A stretch of 64,000 nucleotides of DNA from contig NIVC01000446.1 of NCBI GenBank assembly GCA_002269645.1, forward strand, positions 186,001 through 250,000. Reading direction: 5' to 3'. Under the pieces are notes generated by a model. That model ran no database searches. It was not told the origin of the DNA and worked only from the letters and a program-made list of their open reading frames with translations. This document shows positions 10,758 through 27,660 of this stretch, piece by piece (position 1 is the first letter of the stretch; every line of letters starts with the position of its first letter). The position numbers and the translations under genes are program-made. This DNA is from Macrostomum lignano (lineage: Eukaryota).

Positions 10758-13700
10758 ATGAGACGATCTGGGCGCTACATTGGCCTATGCGGTGTTCTAT
10801 TACTGGTTGTGGCTCTAGCAGGAGCTACCAGCACTAGTAAGTTGTTATAATTACCATTAGCAGCCAATATCAGTCATATTTATCTAAACTAATCGAATAA
10901 TAAAACATAAATATCTTGGTTTTTAGAGAAAGCGGTACGGCTGCACCTGCGCAACTGCCGGCAGAGCTCTGACTACAACGGCATCTCGAGGTGCACCGGC
11001 GCTATCGATGGAAACACCAACCAGAGATGGACTATCCACGGTCACAGCACCACAAACCAGGATGCTCGACCGTGGTGGGAGACTCAAGTTGAGCAGCTGA
11101 CTTATTTCACTAAGGTGCGCATCTTCAACAGGCTGTACTGCTGTCCGGACAGGCTGACAAACTTTGTTATCAAGGTCGATGGCCACGTCTGCGCTCGGTA
11201 CAAGAGAAAGACGTCGTTCTCCGTGAAAGCGTTCAGCTGCAATCGGAAAGGTCGAATTCTACGAATTGAGAGCAGGATTCGCACGTTTCTGACGCTGGCG
11301 GAAGTCCAGGTGTACGGAGTGGCCATGGGACCAGCCACTGCAGCACGTAAGAGGGAGTCACACAAATAGAATGACGCTGGTATATACAATGAAAGTTCAT
11401 GGGGTTCGATTCTCGACCCTCTTGGAACAATTTTTGTCCTTGAGCAAGACACTTAACTCTGCATTGCTGTGAAATGGGTGCCAGCATCAGCTGGGGTAAT
11501 TGAGGGTGTGTGGCGACTTCCCAGTCCTTGGACTGAACAGCCGTACGCAGCCTTCAGATGCACCGCGCAATTGCTATCTAATCTGTCAATAGATTAAGTG
11601 TTCACCAGTAATTTATTTAATTCACCAGTAAAACTTTGGAATCCGTCACGAACTGGTTCATTTTTTAACCATTTTTCAGCGCCGATTCCCCTGTCTGACT
11701 GCGCTCAGAGCTCCAACTATTTGGGCCGATCCAAATGCACCGGGGCCATCGATGGCAACACCAAACAGCATTGGACTTTTACTGGCATGAGCACTACCAA
11801 CCGCGACCCGAGACCCTGGTGGCAAGCTCGCACCAAGGTGCCATCGAAGATCATGCAGGTTCGAATCTTCAACAGACTCGACTGCTGCCCGAATAGGCTC
11901 AACAAGTTCTTCATCAAAGTTGATGGCAAAGTCTGCGCCCAGTACAACAGCTTCGCTGCCTTCTCCGTGTGGACGTTCAACTGCAACAAAGTTGGCAGCG
12001 TTGTGCGAATCGAGAGCCGAAAAGCAACCTACCTGACACTGGCCGAGGTGCAGGTGTTTGGAGAGGCCTTGAAAACTGGCCGTATGTAGATTTTTATGAT
12101 AAAAAACTTAGTATATCTATTTATTGGGGCCTTTTATACAAGAGCAGATCAGCGTCTGAGTCTCGCGCCATCGAGATCCCTGGTTCGATTCCTTGCGTGG
12201 CCACATTAATTTCGAGCTTGTGTGCAATAATCATTTGCCCAATAGGCCAAGCCCCAAGGCACAAAGGGTGTAAAGAGCCGCTGTACACAAATGCGCGCCT
12301 GTGTACAGTATTGGCGCGCTTGTATTGTGCTCAGGAAGGTTGTGGGAGTCGATTAAGATTCTTCATTTTGACTAATCTTATGCCAATATTGAACTCAACT
12401 AATTTCAGCTCGACCAGTAAAGTTGCGCCTGAGAAACTGTCGTCAGAGCTCCGATTACAACGGCATCTCGCGGTGTACAGGAGCCATCGACGGAATCAAC
12501 AAGCGAGTTTGGTCGGCGGCAACTCAGAGCACGACTAACAACGATGCTAAGCCGTGGTGGGAGACTCAATTAGATGAGGCGACTCAGATTAAGAAGGTGC
12601 GCATCTTTAACAGGCGGGACTGCTGCCCGGAGAGGCTCAACAACTTCGTGATCAAGGTGGACGGTCGCGTGTGCGCTCGGTACCGCAGTTCGAAATCGTT
12701 TAAATCGAAAACATTCAAGTGCAACCGAAAAGGCCGGGTTATTCGCATTGAGAGTTTGAAGCGAACTTACCTGACTTTGGCTGAGGTGCAGGTGTTTGGA
12801 ATTATGCTGCCACAGACTAATGCGCAAGGTATGCTGGACTACTAGTTGCTACGAGCAATAAGTTTGAAAAATTCGAAATGTTGCCTTGTCAAACTCATCG
12901 AACCAATTTCAGGCCTGCTAAAGCTGTCCGACTGCTCGCAGAGCTCCAACTACAATTCGCGTCAAACGTGCTCAAAAGCTATCGATGGAGTCACGAGGCA
13001 GCGGCTGTCAGCCAGAGCTCCAATGGCCATCACTCGAAACGATGCCAACCCCTGGTGGGAGGCTCGAACCGAGGCACCCGCCAGGATCAACCGCGTCAGG
13101 ATCTTCAACCGGCAGGACTGCTGTCCCGAGAGGCTGGGAGACTTCGTCATCAAAGTCGACGACGAGGTCTGCGCTAGGTACAACAGCGGCCCGTTCTCCG
13201 TGTGGACGTTCGACTGCAACAAGTCGGGCAGGACTGTGCGAATTGAGAGCCGAAAGAGAACTTACCTGACACTGGCTGAGGTGCAGGTGTTCGGGAAGCT
13301 GCTGCCGCAGGAGGAAGCGGCGTGTAAGCAAAATGAATTGTCCTTTTTTGAACCATTGCCCATTTTTATGCAGGCACTTTCGCAAACTTGAATGCTATAC
13401 ACATTGGGAACAGGGAAAATTTGGGAATGTGATGGTCAGGCTTTGGAAAAGAGGGGGAGAGCAGAGATCATTTGGGGCTTGTGCGGGAAAATTGGCCTGA
13501 GTGTGCTACATGCCTGACGATCAGAAAGTCAGGACTGCTGTACCGTACACCCTGTGTGAGCGTGTGCATGAGCGCGTGCCTGCGTATACAGTATTAAAAC
13601 AAACTCCCAAATTCTCGTCCAAAACCAAAATTCTGTGTTATCTTCCTGTTAACCAGTGCACCCAGTCCGACTGAAGCTGCGCAACTGCCGGCAGAGCTCC

Positions 13701-16700
13701 GACTATCGCGGAAAGTCCCGCTGCACCGGGGCTATCGATGGAAACACCAACCAGAGATGGACTATCCACGGTCACAGCACCACTAACAATGACCGTCGCC
13801 CATGGTGGGAGGCCCAGACAGAACAGGTGACTCGATTCTCAAGGGTGCGCATCTTCAACAGGCTGTACTGCTGCCCGGACAGGCTGACAAACTTCGTTAT
13901 CAAGGTCGACGGTCAGGTATGCGCTCGGTACCACAGCAAAAGTTCGTTCAGCGTGAAATCTTTCAACTGCGACATGGATGGCAGGGTGCTGCGTATTGAG
14001 AGTTTGAAGCGAACCTATCTGACTCTGGCCGAGGTGCAGGTGTTTGGATTCGAGTATGGACCCACGTCGATGTCTTGTAAGTTGCGTGTCTTATGCTACA
14101 TTCTATCTATATAAAAACTATAGCTAGTTAGGCAAGTTAAGCGTAGTCGATCAGGGTTAGTACGCTCTGAGCTTGTTTGTTGCGACCCCTAAAGTGGGTG
14201 AGCTGCACAAGCCGCCTAGCAGACAACCCGCCTAGCTTCCATAATTTCAGGTCGGGTTTTCTAGATCACAAGTTATGCGAATTTATTCCTGTGTAGCTAG
14301 AGTCTTCTGAAGATTTTTTTGAAGAATATATGATAATAACCTCAGGAACAGCAACGCCAACCTCTAGGCTCCTAACTTGGGGGCCTACTCAGAACTTTTC
14401 ATTTCTCAGAAGGGGATTTAGCACCAGGGGCGCCAGCACCAGGGGCGCCAGCACCAGGGGCGCCAGCACCAGGGGCGCCAGCACCAGGGGCGCCAGCACC
14501 AGGGGCGCCAGCACCAGGGGCGCCAGCACCAGGGGCGCCAGCACCAGGGGCGCCAGCACCAGGGGCGCCAGCACCAAGGGCGCCAGCACCAAGGGCGCCA
14601 GCACCAGGGGCGCCAGCACCAGGGACGTCAGCACCAGGAGCGCCAGCACCAAAGGGCACCAAAGCTACTGCAAGGGGTCCCATATGTTTAACCAGTCAGG
14701 AGCGCGGCCCCCTTGCCCCCTAGCTTTGCCTCTGCCTGTACTCCAACTGTCACAGGGTACAGAAGTTAAGCAAAGCGATTGGTGATTCACCTGCCCTAAG
14801 ACTTCATCAACCGGTTGGTAACAACAATGCCACGACAGTTAACTACACTTTTGAATGCTCGCGCTTCCTTCATACATCAATAGTCTGTTGCTGAGTCAAT
14901 GCTAAATTGTGAATGTAAACCAACCAAACTGCAGCCCAGTTGCGCCTGTCCAAGTGCCAGCAGAGCTCCAACTATCGTGGCAAATCATTCTGCACTGGTG
15001 CAATTGACGGAAACTTAAAGCAGAGCTGGACCATCAGCGGCATGAGCACTACTCAACTGGACCAGCGTCCTTGGTGGCAGGCTCAGACAGACAAGCCGTC
15101 TTACATCGCCCAAGTTCGAATCTTCAATCGGCAGGACTGCTGTCCGAACAGGCTGGACAATTTTGTTATCAAAGTTGACAACGCCATCTGCGCCGAGTAC
15201 AAGGGCGGCCCGTTCTCCGTGTGGACTCTGGACTGCAACATGATTGGCAGCGTTGTGCGAATCGAGAGCCGCAAGAGAACCTACCTGACTCTGGCTGAGG
15301 TGCAGGTGTTCGGAGAGCCTGCTAGTGAGTTATTGACGGAGCAATTGTTTGTACAAGTTTGTCTCGAACTATTGTAGGCATCGTGTCACTTTCACAAGCT
15401 CGATTCTTCCCAAGCTCAAGTCTTCCCAAGCTCAAGTCTTCACAAGCTCGATTCTTCCCAAGCTAGATTCTTCCCAAGCTCGAGTCTTCCCAAGCTCGAG
15501 TCTTCCCAAGCTCGAGTCTTCACAAACTCGATTCTTTACAAGCTCGACTCTTCACAAGCTCGATTCTTCACACAAGCTCGATTCTTCCCAAGCTCAAGTC
15601 TTCACAAGCTCGATTCTTTACACAAGCTCGATTCTTCACACAAGCTCGATTCTTCACAAGCTCGATTCTTCACAAGCTCGACTATTCACAAGCTCGAATA
15701 TTCACAAGCTCGACTCTTCACAAGCTCGATTCTTTACACAAACTCGATTCTTCACAAGCTCGATTCTTCACAAGCTCGATTCTTCACAAGATCGATTCTT
15801 CACACAAGCTCGATTCTTCACACAAGCTCGATTCTTCACACAAGCTCGATTCTTCCCAAGCTAGATTCTTCCCAAGCTCGAGTCTTCCCAAGCTCGAGTC
15901 TTCACAAGCTCGATTCTTTACAAGCTCGACTCTTCACAAGCTCGATTCTTCCCAAGCTCAAGTCTTTACAAGCTCGACTCTTCACAAGCTCGATTCTTCC
16001 CAAGCTCAAGTCTTCACAAGCTCGATTCTTCCCAAGCTAGATTCTTTACAAGCTCGACTCTTCACAAGCTCGATTCTTCACAAGCTCGAAACTAGACAAG
16101 CTTGATTTTTCACAAGCTCGATTCTTCACAAGCTCGATTCTTCACAAGCTAGATTCTTCCCAAGCTCGAGTCTTCCCAAGCTCGACTCTTCACAAGCTCG
16201 ATTCTTCCCAAGCTCAAGTCTTCACAAGCTTGATTCTTCCCAAGCTAGATTCTTCCCAAGCTCGAGTCTTCCCAAGCTCGAGTCTTCACAAGCTCGATTC
16301 TTTACAAGCTCGACTCTTCACAAGCTCGATTCTTCACAAGCTCGATTCTTCACAAGCTCGAGTCTTCACAAACTCGATTCTTTACAAGCTCGACTCTTCA
16401 CAAGCTCGATTCTTCCCAAGCTCAAGTCTTCACAAGCTCGATTCTTTACACAAGCTCGATTCTTCACACAAGCTCGATTCTTCACAAGCTCGATTCTTCA
16501 CAAGCTCGACTATTCACAAGCTCGAATATTCACAAGCTCGACTCTTCACAAGCTCGATTCTTCCCAAGCTCGATTCTTCACAAGCTCGATTCTTCACAAG
16601 CTCGATTCTTCACAAGATCGATTCTTCACACAAGCTCGATTCTTCACACAAGCTCGATTCTTCACACAAGCTCGATTCTTCCCAAGCTAGATTCTTCCCA

Positions 16701-17799
16701 AGCTAGATTCTTCCCAAGCTCGAGTCTTCCCAAGCTCGAGTCTTCACAAGCTCGATTCTTTACAAGCTAGATTCTTCCCAAGCTCGAGTCTTCCCAAGCT
16801 CGAGTCTTCACAAGCTCGATTCTTTACAAGCTCGATTCTTCACAAACTCGATTCTTCACAAGCTCGAAACTAGACAAGCTCGATTCTTCACAAGCTCGAT
16901 TCTTCCCAAGCTCGATTCTTCACAAGCTCGATTTTTCACAAGCTCGACTCTTCACAAGCTCGATTCTTTACAAGCTCGATTCTTCACAAGCTTAAGTCTT
17001 CACAAGCTCGATTCTTCACAAGCTCGACTTTTCACAAGCTCGATTCTTTAATTCACAAGCACGATTCTTCACAAGCTCGACTCTTCACAAGCTCGATTCT
17101 TCACAAGCTCGATTCTTCACAAGCTCGAGTCTTCACATGCTCGATTCTTCACAAGCTTGACTTTTCACAAGCTCGATTCTTCACACAAGCTCGATTCTTC
17201 ACATGCTCGATTCTTCACAAGCTCGAAACTCGAAAAGGCTCGAAATTTTAGACGCAAATCTTTTTAAGCATACATGATGTATAAACTTTCGAGCTTTTAA
17301 GAAATGGTTTTGTGAAACGCAACATCATATCAGCCTGCAGTTGACACGACAAATATTTAATTAAATGTATGCATTTTTGCTTCGGACACAAATCGATACT
17401 GTATGCAGGCGTGCTCACACAGAGTTTGGTCCTCATTTAGCGTGTGAATGTGTCTGGTGCAGCTACTCCCCGCTATTAACTAACCTCACCAGTGCATCTG
17501 TCAACCTTACAGACAAAGAATGCTACAGACAGCAGGAGGACTTCGTCGGTTCGTCCAACGTCACAGCCAGTGGCAAGCCCTGCCAGTCCTGGTCTGTGAA
17601 GCGCTGCACTCGCGGCACCAGAGGTGTCAGCTGTCACGTGCCCAGCATGTACGTCGCTGAGGCGGGACTCACAGGTAACAACTGTCGCAATCCCGTTGAC
17701 TACATGCGAGACCGGCCCTGGTGCTACACGGCTACCCCACCAGATGGGAGTACTGCAGCGTGCCCGAGTGCTGAGCTGGGCTTCCAATTCATCTCTTAA
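10758..17799 (+). CDS. Secreted protein: signal peptide + 6 tandem F-type lectin (FTP/fucolectin, F5/8C-like) domains + C-terminal kringle, about 935-940 aa
   Basis: Exons 10758-10836 (MRRSGRYIGLCGVLLLVVALAGATST), 10927-11346, 11680-12081, 12409-12828, 12913-13323, 13657-14076, 14935-15324, 17513-17799 (17774 if a 1-nt frameshift is corrected). All introns GT-AG, phase 1. Each lectin exon has QSS, AIDG, PWW, NRxDCCPxRL and LTLAEVQV[FY]G; the last exon has the kringle motifs SGKPCQSW, NNCRNP, PWCYT. Confidence 0.9.
11398..11575 (+). mobile_element. tRNA-derived SINE, family A, in lectin intron 2
   Basis: B-box GGTTCGATTC, then GTCCTTGAGCAAGACACTTAAC core; the 3' body CAGTCCTTGGACTGAACAGCCGTACGCAGCCTTCAGATGC is shared with 52470-52670. 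Confidence 0.75.
12150..12345 (+). mobile_element. tRNA-derived SINE, family B (degenerate)
   Basis: B-box GGTTCGATTCC and body motif GCCGCTGTACAC shared with 31895-31990 and 50169-50525. Confidence 0.6.
13465..13590 (+). mobile_element. SINE family B 3' fragment
   Basis: CATGCCTGACGATCAGAAAGTCAGG...TACACCCTGTGTGAGCGTGTGC matches 31905-31985. Confidence 0.6.
14420..14655. repeat. 15-bp GC-rich minisatellite (GCACCAGGGGCGCCA) in lectin intron 6
   Basis: Visible tandem units. Confidence 0.95.
15390..17225 (-). repeat. 16-bp minisatellite (CACAAGCTCGATTCTT), inverted copy of the 4048-5989 family, in lectin intron 7
   Basis: Unit is the reverse complement of the 4048-5989 unit. Confidence 0.96.
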
Positions 17800-18044
17800 C
17801 ACTGCGGCGATTTATGACAGAAAATTAACCGTTTTTGGTGGCGGCCACTCGAAATCGTCTAAGTTGGTGACTGTTCTCGAAATAGATGGCTTTGAAAGCC
17901 TTCTTCTTTCAGTCTGAAAGATAAAATATATTAATTATGTGCTACTCGTCAGTACCGGCAGTGTGAGCAATTATGGTATAAGGGATCAATAGTTTCTCAT
18001 AATATACTTGTATTTATCTGTACATTGATGAGTTTATTTCATAG

Positions 18045-18045
18045 C

Positions 18046-18138
<93 letters not shown>

Positions 18139-18166
18139 GCTGTCTGTCTGTCTGTCTGTCTGTCTG
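18045..18166. repeat. (TGTC)n microsatellite
   Basis: Direct reading. Confidence 0.98.
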
Positions 18167-19586
18167 TTGAATGCTTGCATAAGCATATAGTTAAAGTATA
18201 CAAATTACATAGTTAGGTAGTAAGCTACTGAACTTAGTCTGTTCAGTAGTGTTGCAGGTCTAAAATGCCTCTTTTCTAAGTCCAGAAACCTGTAATGGAA
18301 TGCAATGATGAATAAAAATGGAGAGTTACATTAAAATTAACAGAACTGAATCAAAACAGGTTGTGTGAGAATCAAGCTATTGGAAACTACATGTAGAGTA
18401 TCTTCTATTATCCACGAGTATGGGCTGTGGCTTACCCCGCCCTTGGAAATTCCACATTGATGCCCGCAAATAGCAATGTTAACTTTAGATTGGCTTGGCA
18501 AATGCACTGTACTGTATATAGTACTGCAGTATATTGTAATGACTAAAGTGAAAGGCTTACTGCAGTAGAACTTCTGCAAAACTAATCTCAAATGCAATTC
18601 ACCCCTGCTTGACTGCAGAACAACACAAATACGTGTTAAAAAGTAAACGTATCAATGTAATTAATCAAAAAATATATACACGCACAAATAAAGCAACATG
18701 GTTTTTTCAGTACTTATAAAACGTCTTTTTTAAATTAGTTTGTACAGTAGCGATTGCATTGTAAATGAATGAGGCGTGAAGGCGTGATGGTTATTTTTGT
18801 CTTCTTGTTGAATAGACTTCCGTAGATCTGGAAAAGTAAAAGTTTGGCTTGAGAAAAAACAGTGCCGGGTGCTTTTTATTTATAGGTATTGTAATTTAAT
18901 AAAAAATTCTACAGTTCGGGAATATATACGTGCGGGGGTTAAATTGTGCAATATACGTTTAAATATTGTCTGGTAGAAATTGTAGAAAAAAGAACAGTCT
19001 GGATATATAATAAGTTAATCGGAACAGATTCGGACACATCATGTCAAAACATAAATAGCCAGCTAATTATAACTTTTTTGAGAGTAGGGCAACTTAATTT
19101 TTTTTCTGGTAATAAATACCTAAAATTTTAAGAAAATATAAAATCATTTAAATAGCATAATCTATTTTTATGTAGGTGTTATATAAATATGTTTTCGAAA
19201 AATTTTTATGCTGTATTAAACTGGAAAAAGAAATCAAACTGGAATAGCAAATAAAAAGCTCGTATATAAAAGCGATCATGTTACAGTGTGCCATTAGTGC
19301 GTCTGTATAGTAAAACAAGCAATAAGAATAGCTAATCGATCCATACATCGGAGGCAATATAAACATCAATTTTACATTATTATTTTTAACTGAATACTCA
19401 AAAGTTTTGAAGTAAAGTACACTAAAAAGAATTAGATTTTATTCGTTAACTAATCACGAAAATTTGTTATTAAGAACTATCGATCCTAAGTTAATTCGAA
19501 AGTTGGTATGAAAAAACAAACAAAATCAACCAAAAAAAATGTCAGCTACTGAGGCAGACCCTGCATTTTATCGTATGAATTACCGC

Positions 19587-19695
19587 TAGGGGGTGTTCGG
19601 GGTTCGGAGTCGGGTCGGGGATCCGGGTTCGGGGAGGGGTACCGGATTTGGGGTTAACCCCGAAACCCGAAAAACTGCCGTCCCGAACACACCTA
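19587..19695. mobile_element. 109-bp hAT-type MITE with 8-bp TSD
   Basis: ATTACCGC|TAGGGGGTGTTCGGG ... CCCGAACACACCTA|ATTACCGC; TSDs at 19579-19586 and 19696-19703. Confidence 0.85.
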
Positions 19696-20628
19696 ATTAC
19701 CGCCAATTATTTTATCTGGTACAAATTTTGTCTAGCTAAGTAACCTTTCATTTTAACTTAACCTTTTTTTGTTAAATTGCTTGCCCAGCGCACACGCTCC
19801 CCACCTTCGCACTACGCGATTTTTTCAATGATTTTTATGTCAAATATTTACATGTAACACTTACATGCAGCGGAAACAAATTAAAATTAAGGGGGGTATT
19901 TAGCCTGCTACATGTACACAACATTATTTTAACCGTTTACAGCCAAATCATACATGTTAATTTTTTAGTTCGCAAATCATATAGAAAACTTCTGCTCAAC
20001 TCATAAATTGTGCATTTCTCTATATCCAAACGGAAAAAGCCACGACCTCTGCTGTCACCATAACCATGTTAAATAGCTAAAGCATGTCGAAATAGCTTAA
20101 CTAATCCAACGACCAGAATTAAGGCGAATTTGCCTTGGCCGCCGCTGAGATCATTGGCTGAGCTGGTTGGTCCCATAGTTGGTTTGTTGCCCCTGTCCGA
20201 TGGACAGTCGTCTGAAGATTACACGGAAATTACGATAGCAATTTCTATACATGCACTTTGTATCTGCAGCTTTCGAGAGCTACATGAAGAAACAAGAATG
20301 CACTAACTATAGCTAAGTCTAGTTGTTCTATAGGATTTTTGCAGTCTACTCTGAACAGCGGGTTGATTCTACGAGCATAATTTAGAAGCATGTGAAACGT
20401 CATTAAAAAGCATTAATACCCATGCTTTAAGGGCTTTAATGGGAAAATCAGAGGGCGCCGTTAGGCTCCCGAGGATTTCTCATTGTACCATAACCTTTGT
20501 ACCCGCTGGGCACTTATTCTTGCCTTTTAATGCCATATAGACTACATTTAAGCCCGCTTGCTGGAAAGAAATATCGAATAAATTGTCTATGTTAAACTTA
20601 CTTTAATGCAAATTAGCGGGCAGTTAAT

Positions 20629-21929
20629 GGGCCGTATGCAGAAAGCTTAGTCCAGACTAGCTAGTCCGGGCTTGGGTAGTTCAGTCTATGATCTATGGAC
20701 CAGCTACCCTAGTTCTGACTATAGTAGACCGGTCTAACTTTGTATAAGAGTTAGAAATCTGAAGTTTTAACCCTAAGTTAGAAGATAGGTAGAAATTCAT
20801 AAAATGCCCAGGCGCATTGAAGGGCGAGGCATAAGAGCACAATGGAACCCCTAGATAGCTATTAGAAAGGCAAACAGAAGCAGCTTTAAGATAATTAATC
20901 AACTGTCAAGTCAATTTGAATAGCCGAATCTAATAAAGCCCCTTTCCATTCCAGTTAGTAGCGTCACCCCGCCGCAGGAACAATGGCGACTAAACCGGCC
21001 GGGAAAAGCAAACTGAGCAGCGGCCTGACTTAGAGAACAACGCGGCACGCGGCATCTTCTGGCGCACCCTGAGGGAGAAACACGTGAGGCCCACCTACAG
21101 ATTCCAACCCAACCCGAAGCTGCCCAAGAAGGCGAGATCAACCCCAAACAGCTTGACAACCGAGAGAGAGAGAGAGAGAAGACTGTTTAATCATCCATGG
21201 ACAAAGTTAAGAGACGGAAAACTAAGTACTTTTTCTATAATCGTTCTATCCCAAATTTTATCCAACTCAACAAATAGATTTGCGAAAGCCCGAATAATCT
21301 CTAACCCTCACACTTAGCAACCTACTAGAACTAACTAAATTCATGTACAACTAGGGGGCTGTGTCCCAGATTGTTATTGCTCAAAACCCCCCGCCGTTGC
21401 TAACAACGCGAAGACATCCCACCGGCGGCGGGGGAGGCCAAAAATGCTAATTGGTATAAATAGACGCTCATCTCAAACTGGAGCGGCGCTTCGTTTTTCT
21501 GCGCAGTTTTCGATCTCGAATTGCTCCATTTGAATTAGTCTCTGGATTATCCAGTTGGCACGAATCTGTCTTCAATATAATTACTTGTCTTAATTGTCGC
21601 GCAGAGCAAATCCTAGGGAGACTCAAACTCAGCTTAGATACTAGGAGATCCCGTCAGTTTATACGGTTTTCTCTGACGGCCTGATTGGAGAAATTAGAGC
21701 TGTACGAACCTTAGACCGCTAGACATCTATCTTAAGAAAGTGAGAACACAAACTCAAAGGCTCCAGAGAAAAACGCGTATACTTTGCGTTTCTGCATACC
21801 AAATCCAGTCCAGACCACAAGATTCTATAAATAGAATCTATAGAATCTATAGTTTATAGAATCTGTGGTCCAGACTAGCTAGCTTTTCAAGACCGGACTA
21901 CCCTAGACAGAGCTTTCTGCATACGGCCC
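20629..21929. mobile_element. Non-autonomous PIF/Harbinger-type element, 1.3 kb, 19-bp TIR, 3-bp TSD
   Basis: AAT|GGGCCGTATGCAGAAAGCT ... AGCTTTCTGCATACGGCCC|AAT; no transposase ORF inside. Confidence 0.8.
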
Positions 21930-22216
21930 AATGACATTTAACGCCCGATTATTTTGTCCCACTTTGTCAAGGACACAAATGTCTATGGCACAATAATAGT
22001 AATACCCATGCTTTAAGGGCGTTAATGGGCTAAAGTACCTGGTACTAATAATCAGCTTTGATCATGTCTGCGCTTGTCAGTTTAGTTTATGATTCACCCT
22101 TGATTCACCATGGCCATATAGACCGATTTTTTGACGACTTTACAAGCTTCTAAAAATACCATTTCAATCTCGCCTTTGTTAAAAGTGACTTCAATTTTAG
22201 CGACAAAAAGCGAACA

Positions 22217-27021
<4,805 letters not shown>

Positions 27022-27064
27022 GGTCTGCTGACTGCTGAAATTATTTAGATGGCAAAAGTTGTCT

Positions 27065-27660
<596 letters not shown>

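Noticed and set aside
14330-14785. Silk/elastin-like GAGAP or STRGA repeat ORFs
   Set aside because: A 15-bp intronic minisatellite inside the lectin gene; no signal peptide or splice support.
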